Source of the DNA: Acidimicrobiia bacterium
GTDB taxonomy: Bacteria > Actinomycetota > Acidimicrobiia > Spongiisociales > Spongiisociaceae
DNA length: 64,000 bases
Assembly (NCBI GenBank): GCA_003229305.1
Contig: QIDH01000092.1
Location: 47,408-111,407 of the forward strand
Reading direction: 5' to 3'
A model generated the notes under the pieces. The model was not told where the DNA came from. It made no database searches and saw only the letters and a program-made list of their open reading frames with translations. A program made the position numbers and the translations under genes. Every line of letters begins with the position of its first letter. The stretch's first letter is position 1. Below, piece by piece: positions 9,570 to 17,523 of the stretch.

Positions 9570-9760
9570 CTATCCGCCATCCCGCAAGTTTGCGAAGCAA
9601 ACTTGGTTAGGGCTTGGCCCGCTAGGGCGAAACCGGCGGGCTTGGCCCGCCAGGGCCAAACCGGCGCTATCCGCTATCCGCTATGGCCGAACTGGCACCA
9701 TCTCGCGAGTTTGCATAGCAAACTCAGTTAGGGCTTGGCCCGCCAGGGCCAAACCGGCGC
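9569..9760. repeat. REP-like composite intergenic repeat
   Basis: A 28-nt unit GGCTTGGCCCGCnAGGGCnAAACCGGCG occurs at 9611..9638, 9639..9666 and 9732..9759, each with an internal hairpin TTGGCCC/GGGCCAA. A hairpin module (C/G)AGTTTGC-nnn-GCAAACT(T/C)(G/A)GTTAG lies at 9585..9610 and 9707..9731. There are also short CTATCCGC repeats. Confidence 0.85.
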
Positions 9761-9773
9761 GTACGATGGGTAG

Positions 9774-10682
9774 ATGGATCGCGAACAGGAACCGGCTGGA
9801 GCCGAGGGCCCGGCACAGGAATCTGACGCCATCGCCGAGCGGCTTGATCGACTGAGCGCCGAACAGGCCGAGGACGTCATCCGCCGCGCAATCGAACTGA
9901 CCGACGAAGAGAATGAGACTTTCGAGTACGGACAGATGGACACGGAAACCCTCGAGCGGGTGGCTGCAGAGTTGGGGATACCCGCCCGGCATGTCCGCAA
10001 GGCGATGGTCGAACAGAGGGCCAGTCGTCACAGCCTTGACGAGGAGAGCTCGTGGTTCGACGGCCTGTTCGGAATAGTCGACCTGGATGAAGCCGCAATC
10101 ATCGAAGGTCGGGCCGCGGACGTCGAGAGAGCCGTAGAGATCTGGATGGCGAGCCACGAAGGCCTGAGGTTGAAACGACGAACCAGACTGGGCGCCATCT
10201 GGGCAAAGGACAATCGACCGCTGGCGTCCATACGCATGGGTCTTGGAATCACCAATGGAACCAAGGCTCTGCGCTCTGCAGGCGATGTCGAGCACACACT
10301 GCGCAGCGTCGAGGCGAACGAACATCTCCTCTCGATCTCGGCGTCCAAGAATCGCCTTCGGATGGCCGCCACACTGTCAATGATCGGCGTGGCGATTCTC
10401 GCTACCAGCACCACCGTCGCTGCGGCAATCGGCCAGTCCGGCGATCTCAGCCTTCCAGGGCTCGCCGCGGGTCTGGTTTTTTCCGCCGGCCTGGGGCTCG
10501 GCGCAATCGCAGGCGTCCGTAGGTGGGCATCCAACATTCGCACCGCCATAGAGCGTGCTGTCGACGCAGTGGCCGCCCCCGACCGCTCCGGTCTGTACGA
10601 AACGTTTCCCGGCCGTCTCGGGTCTTTCCTGAGGTCTTTCGGATTGTTTTCGAATCGACGAAACCAGAACCGGCGGCGCTGA
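9774..10682 (+). CDS. hypothetical membrane protein
   Basis: 302-aa ORF with an acidic N-terminal half and a C-terminal region containing two hydrophobic segments (MIGVAILATSTTVAAAIG, GLAAGLVFSAGLGLGAIAGV). I recognise no family. Confidence 0.55.
   Translation: MDREQEPAGAEGPAQESDAIAERLDRLSAEQAEDVIRRAIELTDEENETFEYGQMDTETLERVAAELGIPARHVRKAMVEQRASRHSLDEESSWFDGLFGIVDLDEAAIIEGRAADVERAVEIWMASHEGLRLKRRTRLGAIWAKDNRPLASIRMGLGITNGTKALRSAGDVEHTLRSVEANEHLLSISASKNRLRMAATLSMIGVAILATSTTVAAAIGQSGDLSLPGLAAGLVFSAGLGLGAIAGVRRWASNIRTAIERAVDAVAAPDRSGLYETFPGRLGSFLRSFGLFSNRRNQNRRR
10578..10630. repeat. direct repeat, left copy (inside 3' end of CDS 9774..10682)
   Basis: CCCGACCGCTCCGGTCTGTACGAAACGTTTCCCGGCCGTCTCGGGTCTTTCCT matches 13191..13241 at 47 of 53 aligned columns. 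Confidence 0.8.
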
Positions 10683-10748
10683 CCTCAGCGCCAGCCCAAT
10701 CGCTCTCTCCTAGTGTCGCCGAACACTCAACCGATGTAGCGTGGGCTC

Positions 10749-11243
10749 ATGACAGACATGTATGACAGAGTGCTGGCCCTCAGGGCGTTGCGCGACTACC
10801 AGGACCAGGCAATCGCGGATGACGACCTTGGGCGAGTCCTAGAGGCCGCCAGATGGACAGGCAGTTCCAAAAACTTGCAGAACTGGTCTTTCGTCGTTGT
10901 CCGAGATGTTGACCAGAAAGCCAGGCTGGCGGACTGCGGCGATTTCACCGACCCTATCCGTAAGGCGCCTGCGGTGATTGCGATTGTGCAGGAAGTGGAC
11001 GGCTACGAGTTCGACAGCGGCAGAGTCGCTCAGAACATCATGCTGGCCGCGGACGCGATCGGCGTGGCCACGTGCCCAATCACGCTGCACCGTGATGCTG
11101 ACGCAGCTGCGGTTCTTGGCCTTCCTGACGGTGCTCGTTGCCGATACGCGGTCACCCTCGGATACGCCGTCGACAGTGCGGGCCCGGCCAATTTCGGAGG
11201 ACGCAAGCCGATGGACGAACTGGTCCACTGGGACAGCTACTGA
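10749..11243 (+). CDS. nitroreductase family protein
   Basis: 164 aa. Sequence LRALRDYQDQAI..DDLGRVLEAARWTGSSKNLQNWSFVVV is a nitroreductase-like fold pattern. Confidence 0.8.
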   Translation: MTDMYDRVLALRALRDYQDQAIADDDLGRVLEAARWTGSSKNLQNWSFVVVRDVDQKARLADCGDFTDPIRKAPAVIAIVQEVDGYEFDSGRVAQNIMLAADAIGVATCPITLHRDADAAAVLGLPDGARCRYAVTLGYAVDSAGPANFGGRKPMDELVHWDSY

Positions 11244-11268
11244 CGAGTGGGAATAGGCGTGCGTTGAT

Positions 11269-11787
11269 ATGGGTATGAGCACATCTGAACTTCTCGAATT
11301 CCGAGCCAACAAGGACGAGTTTCTTGGCGGCAGCCACCAATCACCCATCCCACACGAGGACCGGCACCACTGGGAAGGGCTCAACTACTTCGAGCCGAAT
11401 GAAGCCCTTTCGCTCAGGCTGGAACTGACAGAAGGCGACGGATCGACTCTCTCGACCCAAACCTCGGACGGTCAAGAACGCACCTACAAGCGACTTGGCC
11501 AGGTCTCCTTCGAGGTCCAAGGTGCGCCGGCAACGCTAACGGTCCTTCAAACGGAGGGAGGCGGCGACCTCTTCCTCCCGTTCCGCGACTCGACCTCTGG
11601 CAACGACTCGTACGGAGCGGGTCGCTACCTCGACCTCGAACTGAACGAGGATGGGACAGTGACCGTCGACTTCAACTACGCATACAACCCATACTGCGCC
11701 TATTCGGATGCCTACTCGTGCCCGCTGCCACCGGTCGAGAACTGGCTGCAGGTCCCGATCCAAGCCGGCGAAGCCTCATACCGCTAA
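11269..11787 (+). CDS. DUF1684 domain-containing protein
   Basis: Contains FRDSTSGNDSYGAGRYLDL...DFNYAYNPYCAYSDAYSCPLPPVENWL..IQAGE, the characteristic DUF1684 C-terminal motif. Confidence 0.8.
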   Translation: MGMSTSELLEFRANKDEFLGGSHQSPIPHEDRHHWEGLNYFEPNEALSLRLELTEGDGSTLSTQTSDGQERTYKRLGQVSFEVQGAPATLTVLQTEGGGDLFLPFRDSTSGNDSYGAGRYLDLELNEDGTVTVDFNYAYNPYCAYSDAYSCPLPPVENWLQVPIQAGEASYR

Positions 11788-11888
11788 CGCCTTCGTCTGC
11801 TCAGGATTCTTGGGTCCCGTCTTGGGGCCAAAGAATCTCGGAACCCACACCCGAGAGTCGCATCGGGGTAGGCAGCGAGTAAGAATGG

Positions 11889-13184
11889 ATGATGCGTTTT
11901 GCGTCGTGGGTCGACGGTGGGCACTTCTTCATCCGCGGGACCCGCCTGACATCTCATGGGGACCCAAGACGCGGTCCTCGTTACCAGGGCACGTTTGACG
12001 AGCTGCGGATGGTCGGGGACACCGTCTTCTACTCCTATGTCCCGTCGAGGCTCCATCCCGACACCCTGGCGATGATCTGTTTCAACGTGTTCTTTCCGTG
12101 GATCGGACACACAGTGGAGTTTCCCGAGCCCGTCTCCGATCTAGTCGTCGACGCCATCAACCACCAAACATTCCAGCAGCATAAAGGTACAATCGAGGTG
12201 CGCAACGTCGGCGGTGATCCGCAGCAGCCGGCCGACGACGGCTCCGACACCGTCCACCCGAGGGACACAGTCATCTCGTTCGGCGGCGGGGTCGATTCGT
12301 CAGCGCTACACGTGCTGTTTCCCGAGGCGACATTGGTCTACGAGATGGGCCAGCGCTGGCGGCGGCAACAGAAGCGATCGGCAACGATCGACGCTATGAG
12401 AGTCCACCAGGCCCGATCCGGGACGCCGAACGTTCCTGTTCGCACCAATTCCCGTCGTCTTTCACGCCCGAGAGGTGTCACAAACTGGCTGTCGATTCTC
12501 GTCCCAGCGCTGCTCGTGGCCGTGGACAGAGGGCATCGAGGCGTTCTAGTGGGATCCAACTTGCCGACGATGTTCATGAAGGCGGGTGCCGAGTACTCGC
12601 CAGGTCATCAGCTGGATCATGCGGCGCGGCGGGCGTTGGAAAGTTTCACGGTTCCCATTGTCCAGGCGTCCGCTGGCATATCGCACTTGGCGGCGACGAA
12701 GATCTGTGCAGACGCGGGGATCACCAGCTCGCTTACTTTCTGCGAGCGGGGGCGAGGCGGTGGACCGTGCTCGAAGTGCCTGAAGTGTTTTCGACGCGAG
12801 ACTCTCTACCGGATCCTCCACCGTGAAGATTCGTCCGCCTACCCGCTGGATCCTTTTCCAACCGACACGTCCTGCTATGCCGAGAAATACGATCTCAAGC
12901 GAGCTGCCCGAGAGTTCCGTCCGGGCTGGCCCATCTCGAACGCGCACAATCTGGCGCTCGGCCGGGACCTCTTGGGCGAGGAGTTTCCGGAAATCCTTCA
13001 CCGGGTGGGCCGCAACGTTCCCAGCGCCAATTTCATGGCCCGGCGGCCGCCAGAGGCAGACGGATTGTTCCCGGAGCCATTCAAGGAGCACATCCTCAGC
13101 CGGATTCAGGCAAGCGTTCCGGAGATGACGCCAGACGAGCTCGTGGCCTTCCGCTCTTGGAGCGCGATCGAGGCGTTCGACTGA
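11889..13184 (+). CDS. PP-loop (adenine nucleotide alpha-hydrolase) superfamily protein with QueC-like Cys cluster; function unknown
   Basis: 431 aa. PP-loop-like motif VISFGGGVDSSAL. Cys cluster FCERGRGGGPCSKCLKCFRRE (C-x9-C-x2-C-x2-C). The N-terminal (about 130 aa) and C-terminal (about 130 aa) regions are unrecognised. The start is uncertain because there is no clear SD. Confidence 0.6.
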   Translation: MMRFASWVDGGHFFIRGTRLTSHGDPRRGPRYQGTFDELRMVGDTVFYSYVPSRLHPDTLAMICFNVFFPWIGHTVEFPEPVSDLVVDAINHQTFQQHKGTIEVRNVGGDPQQPADDGSDTVHPRDTVISFGGGVDSSALHVLFPEATLVYEMGQRWRRQQKRSATIDAMRVHQARSGTPNVPVRTNSRRLSRPRGVTNWLSILVPALLVAVDRGHRGVLVGSNLPTMFMKAGAEYSPGHQLDHAARRALESFTVPIVQASAGISHLAATKICADAGITSSLTFCERGRGGGPCSKCLKCFRRETLYRILHREDSSAYPLDPFPTDTSCYAEKYDLKRAAREFRPGWPISNAHNLALGRDLLGEEFPEILHRVGRNVPSANFMARRPPEADGLFPEPFKEHILSRIQASVPEMTPDELVAFRSWSAIEAFD

Positions 13185-13190
13185 CTGGCT

Positions 13191-13241
13191 CCCGACCGCT
13201 CCGGTCTTACGACACGCTGCCCGGCCGTCTCGGATCTTCCT
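13191..13241. repeat. direct repeat, right copy (noncoding, 7 nt after stop of 11889..13184)
   Basis: CCCGACCGCTCCGGTCTTACGACACGCTGCCCGGCCGTCTCGGATCTTCCT is a degenerate copy of 10578..10630. Weaker similarity continues to about 13260. Confidence 0.8.
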
Positions 13242-13352
13242 CAACGACAGAACCAGCACGACACAACCGTCCGAGTCCGCGACGGCCACCTTCCGACCGA
13301 CAGCCCCTACCTGACCGGCTTACTCTGCGAATCGACGTAGCAAGCGACGGTG

Positions 13353-13886
13353 TCAACCGGACCTGGCGTCTGGCATGACAATCGATGTGATGAGTCGACG
13401 GCGACGGTCGGGTCTCGACTGGTTGTCAAGGCGGGATCGTACGGCGGATCTCAGCTCAACGGCCATATCGTCGAACTCGTCGTCGGTGAGCCAGAGCGGC
13501 ACCTGCTGATAGCCGACCCGATCGGCGACGAGGTCGGGGTCACCCGGCTCGAGATAGGCCGCATAATTCGATATCAGAGTGCCCAGGAACGTTGCGAAGT
13601 ATCGGAAGTGATCGCTAACTGAGGCACTTTCGAGCTGCTCCTCGCCTAGATGGACCGCGCTTTTCACGACGGCATACGTGTGTTCGATTCCCCCACGGAT
13701 TTGACGCTCGCCAATGCTCTCGATGAGCCCGCCTTCGTGGAGTTGGTTGATATGGCGATAGAGCGTTGCCTGGGCGACGTCGCCCAGGTTGTCCTTGAGA
13801 GCCAGCGGCGTCATGGGTTGGCCCACCAGGGCTTGCACGATGCGCAGGCGGACCGGGTGTAGGAGGAGGTCACTCGTTGTTGTCAT
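13353..13886 (-). CDS. ArsR-type winged-helix transcriptional regulator
   Basis: ATG at 13886. Sequence MTTTSDLLLHPVRLRIVQALVGQPMTPLALKDNLGDVAQATLYRHINQLHEGGLI is an HTH_20/ArsR-like N-terminus. Confidence 0.75.
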   Translation of the reverse strand: MTTTSDLLLHPVRLRIVQALVGQPMTPLALKDNLGDVAQATLYRHINQLHEGGLIESIGERQIRGGIEHTYAVVKSAVHLGEEQLESASVSDHFRYFATFLGTLISNYAAYLEPGDPDLVADRVGYQQVPLWLTDDEFDDMAVELRSAVRSRLDNQSRPDRRRRLITSIVMPDARSG

Positions 13887-13913
13887 GGGTTGTACATTAG
13901 TCTCTAAAGTGAT

Positions 13914-13937
13914 AATATTCTCGTTATCGAGAACATT
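13914..13937. promoter_or_regulatory. AT-rich inverted repeat in divergent promoter region (candidate operator)
   Basis: AATATTCTCG-TTAT-CGAGAACATT (core TTCTCG/CGAGAA at 13918..13933) lies between the regulator start (13886) and the hydrolase start (13949). Confidence 0.5.
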
Positions 13938-13948
13938 AGGAGTTGAGC

Positions 13949-14890
13949 ATGCTTGAAGAGATCTCATTCGAATCCGCTGGCCACACACTCTCCGGTACGT
14001 TCATCTCGCCAGAGTCGGATGAACCCGTTCCGGCTGCCCTGTTGGTGAGCGGTTCGGGTCCGATCGATCGCGACTCGAATAGCAGGCGGCTGAATATCGG
14101 TGTCACCGCCCAGGTTGCCAACCGGCTCGCCGACGCCGACATTGCGACGTTGCGATATGACAAACGCGGCGTGGGTGAGAGTGAGGGTGACTACCTTTCG
14201 ACCGGATTCCACGACAACGTCACCGACGCCACTGCGGCACTAGCAGCGCTCCGCTCTCACCCGCGTGTCGATCCACAATGCGTATTTGTGGTCGGACACA
14301 GCGAAGGGGCGTTGATCGGCGCCGAACTGGGTGCAAACGACGCGTCCATCTCTGGGATTGTGATGTTGGCCGGCGCCGCTCAAAACGGCGAGCGCATTTT
14401 GTCGTGGCAGATGACTCAGATTGCCGACAGCATCCCCGGGCCGGTCAAGCTATTCATGAAGATGTTTCGCCAGGACCTGTCAAAGACTCAGGCCAAGCGA
14501 CTCGCCCGAATCAAGGATTCCGCAGGCGACGTGATGCGAATCCAGATGGTGCGGATCAACGCCAAGTGGTTCCGAGAATTCATGGCGTACGAACCCCGGT
14601 CTGCGCTGCGAAGGCTGTCGGTACCGACGCTGGCAATCACGGGCTCAAAGGACATCCAGGTGGATCCGGCGGATCTCGACCGGATTGTGGAACTCGTTCA
14701 TAGTGACGTCACGGACCAACTCGTCGAGGACTTGACGCACCTATTGCGGAGAGACGACGGCCCTGCCTCGATTCGGACCTACAAGAAGCAAGCGAGGCGT
14801 CCCGTCGATCGAGGCGTTCTCGACCTCGTATTCGACTGGGTGACACAACGTGCGTCGGCAGAGAACGGGAGGACTCATGAGCCTGTATGA
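13949..14890 (+). CDS. alpha/beta hydrolase
   Basis: ATG at 13949, 7 nt after AGGAG. Nucleophile elbow GHSEG. Sequence LLVSGSGPIDRD...RYDKRGVGES. Confidence 0.8.
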   Translation: MLEEISFESAGHTLSGTFISPESDEPVPAALLVSGSGPIDRDSNSRRLNIGVTAQVANRLADADIATLRYDKRGVGESEGDYLSTGFHDNVTDATAALAALRSHPRVDPQCVFVVGHSEGALIGAELGANDASISGIVMLAGAAQNGERILSWQMTQIADSIPGPVKLFMKMFRQDLSKTQAKRLARIKDSAGDVMRIQMVRINAKWFREFMAYEPRSALRRLSVPTLAITGSKDIQVDPADLDRIVELVHSDVTDQLVEDLTHLLRRDDGPASIRTYKKQARRPVDRGVLDLVFDWVTQRASAENGRTHEPV

Positions 14891-15197
14891 CGACCCGCTG
14901 ATCGCACTTGATGAGGACGGCATCATTATAAAAAGCTACTGGCGACCCGGCAACGAGCGCCGAATTGCGTACGGCGATGTACGAGCGGCGAGTCGTATCC
15001 CAATTGGGTTCTGGACCGGTCGGGCTCGCTTGGTGGGGATCGGCTTCGGCCGACCGTTCCATTTCTTTCACTGGGATCGGCATCGTGGTTCGAAGCAAGC
15101 CGCGCTGAGTCTGGAATTGGGTCGCATGCTCAAGACGGCCATCACACCTGACGAACCCGATCGTGTATTGGAGCTCATCTCCGAAAGGATCGGCTGA
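14877..15197 (+). CDS. hypothetical protein
   Basis: ATG at 14877 overlaps the end of the upstream hydrolase gene. Sequence MSLYDDPLIALDEDGIIIKSYWRPG... I recognise no family. Confidence 0.45.
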   Translation: MSLYDDPLIALDEDGIIIKSYWRPGNERRIAYGDVRAASRIPIGFWTGRARLVGIGFGRPFHFFHWDRHRGSKQAALSLELGRMLKTAITPDEPDRVLELISERIG

Positions 15198-15414
15198 ACC
15201 GAGAGGTCTTCTTACCTGCCGTGCGGGACAGGTCGTCCTGCGCACACTCAGTTCGATTCGTCGTCGTCGGAGCTGACATCTTGCGTAGGCGTCACACGCG
15301 CTTGAGGTTCCAGTATCGGAAGCCAATTGTCAGACGGACCTTGATTCGATCTCGAGGATCAAGCCTCTCGAACAGCCATCCGAAACGACCCAGCCACGGG
15401 AGGCGCAAGAAGTC

Positions 15415-16338
15415 CTACTCGGTGGTGAGCTGCTTCTCGGTGAAATGTTGTATCGCCTCAGCGATTTCAGCGGCATGGGTAATCGGAGCTTCGTGTCTGG
15501 CGCCTGAAAGCTCCAGCAGTTCGGGATTGGCCAACCTTGCGGCAAGATCGTACTGAGCGGACGGGCGGATCAGCTGGTCCTCGGTGGGTATCAGGACCAG
15601 GCTCGGCATGGGGAGTCGTTTGACCCATTCGGTGGAATCGAATCGGAGAGCCGCGAAACCGGCTTCCCAGTACAGCACGGGATCACGATCCATCAGCTCG
15701 TTCCACAGCCAGCGTGAATGCCGGCCCGCCACGCCACCCTGTTTGAGAAGATAGGCATGTTTTACAGCCGTGAACTCCACCCGGCTGACCCGATCCACTG
15801 CCCTGCCCGAGAACCAGAGCAAGGAAGCCGCCAAGCGCTCTCCGAGGCTCAGATTTCCCGCCGAAGTCCCACCCAGAACCGCAGCAGACACCTTGGCAGG
15901 GTGACGGTGGGCGAGCTCCTGGACGATCATGCCCCCTAGCGAGTACCCGAACACGACCGGGGAACCGACACCAACGGCATCCATGATCCCTGCCACGTCA
16001 TCTGCCAGATTGGCGATCTGTATCCGACCCCGGTCGGTGGCCGACCGGCCATGATTGCGAAGATCGATGGCGATCACCCGAAAGCTCTTCTCCAGGAGCG
16101 GAATCAGGCGATGCCAGAGGATCTGGGTGTGGTCGCCCCAGCCATGCACAAGGACGAGAGGCGGATCGGATTCGAGCCCGGATTCGCGTACGAAGAATTC
16201 ACGATCTCCTACGAAAACCGACCGACCCGATATCCGCATCGGATGAACCTGGTCTGCCGAGAAGGCCGGAACCGGCTCGGGACCCAACAACCGCCAGGCC
16301 AGCCATCCGAGCCCTAGGCGGCGCAGTAGCTTCGTCAT
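15415..16338 (-). CDS. alpha/beta hydrolase
   Basis: 307 aa. HGWGDH oxyanion region and GYSLGG nucleophile elbow. Confidence 0.85.
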   Translation of the reverse strand: MTKLLRRLGLGWLAWRLLGPEPVPAFSADQVHPMRISGRSVFVGDREFFVRESGLESDPPLVLVHGWGDHTQILWHRLIPLLEKSFRVIAIDLRNHGRSATDRGRIQIANLADDVAGIMDAVGVGSPVVFGYSLGGMIVQELAHRHPAKVSAAVLGGTSAGNLSLGERLAASLLWFSGRAVDRVSRVEFTAVKHAYLLKQGGVAGRHSRWLWNELMDRDPVLYWEAGFAALRFDSTEWVKRLPMPSLVLIPTEDQLIRPSAQYDLAARLANPELLELSGARHEAPITHAAEIAEAIQHFTEKQLTTE

Positions 16339-16357
16339 CGCTGGAACTCGGCAGAAG

Positions 16358-17401
16358 TCAACGTAACACCATCTGTCGATGACCGGCGGCGGCTACCTCG
16401 CCGATGACCACCGCGCAAGGGCTCTGACCATCGAGCGCCGCCAACAGAGTGTCGACCTGGCCCTGATCAACCGAGATCAACAGACCACCGGATGTCTGAG
16501 CGTCTGCCAACACCTTCAGCGTTATCTCGTCGATCCCGCCGATGTCGACATCCGGGAGCACAGAGGCGACGTTGCGGGCGCTGCCACTCGGGAAGATCCC
16601 TGCGCCGATCAATTCATGGATCCCCTCCATGACTGGGATCGAGCGGGTGTCAAGCATGGCCGTCGTCCCAGATGCTGCCATCAGTTCGCGGAGATGGCCA
16701 AGCAGACCGAACCCTGTGACATCGGTCGCACCACGGACCTGCGCGACTCGCATCGCGTCCGCAGCACCACGGTTCAGATAGGCCATCAGCTCGACCGCCT
16801 CATCACGCAGCTCCTTGGACGCCCTGTCGGCCTTGATGGCGGTGGCGGCGACACCGGTGCCCAACGGTTTGGTCAATACCAGCAAATCGCCGGCGGCTGC
16901 TCCCGCGTTGGTGACGATGTGATCGGGGTCGACGAGACCGGTCACCGCGAACCCGTATTTCGGCTCCCGATCGTCAATCGAATGTCCGCCGACGATGGTG
17001 CAATTCGCTTCCGCCAAAATGTCGGCGCCCCCCTCGAGAACCTCGCTGAGCAACTCGAACGACAGAGCTTCGCGGGGCCAACCAACCAGCTGGAGCGCCG
17101 TCAAAGGCGTGCCACCCATGGCGTACACGTCTGATAGGGCGTTGGCGGCCGCTATCCGCCCCCAGTCGTACGGCTCGTCGACGATCGGCGTGAAGAAGTC
17201 AACAGTCTGAACGAGAGCGCGCGACGAATCGAGCCGGTAGACCCCGGCGTCATCGCTGGTCGCCACCCCGACCAAAAGATCGGGATGCGACATGGCTGGT
17301 TTGTTCTGCATCGGGCGCAAGACCTGCGCCAGCTCGTCAGGACCGAGCTTGCACGCTCAACCAGCCCCGTGACTGAAAGAAGTGAGACGAACGTCTTCCA
17401 T
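16358..17401 (-). CDS. selD: selenide, water dikinase SelD, selenocysteine-containing (in-frame TGA at codon 15)
   Basis: Track ORFs 16358..17320 and 17357..17599 are in the same frame, separated only by a TGA. The joined N-terminus MEDVRLTSFSHGAG-U-ACKLGPDELAQVL matches the SelD catalytic loop (E. coli ...RLTQYSHGAGCGCK...). The body has AIR-synthase-like SelD motifs (DDAGVY, DFFTPIVDEPYDWGRIAAANALSDVYAMGG). Confidence 0.85.
17331..17349 (-). promoter_or_regulatory. candidate bacterial SECIS hairpin
   Basis: In mRNA sense the sequence is AGCUCG-GUCCUGA-CGAGCU (6-bp stem, 7-nt loop containing GU). It starts 7 nt after the UGA. Confidence 0.55.
17357..17359 (-). other. UGA selenocysteine codon of selD
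   Basis: The plus-strand tca at 17357..17359 is TGA on the minus strand, at the position of the catalytic Cys/Sec in SelD. Confidence 0.8.
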
Positions 17402-17492
17402 GCAGGAGAGTCTGCCACAGCCAGCAACCCACCAAACATCTGCCCCCCGTGCGGCGAGGAACGAACCGTACATCTGGGTGGACGAGGAGCCT

Positions 17493-17523
17493 GCCTCGAC
17501 TTCGTCGAGGTTGGGAGGAGATG
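17493..17523 (+). repeat. hairpin+SD+ATG element, copy 1 (tal leader)
   Basis: GCCTCGACTTCGTCGAGGTTGGGAGGAGATG is 30/31 identical to the reverse complement of 58499..58529. The hairpin is CCTCGAC-TTC-GTCGAGG. Confidence 0.8.
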
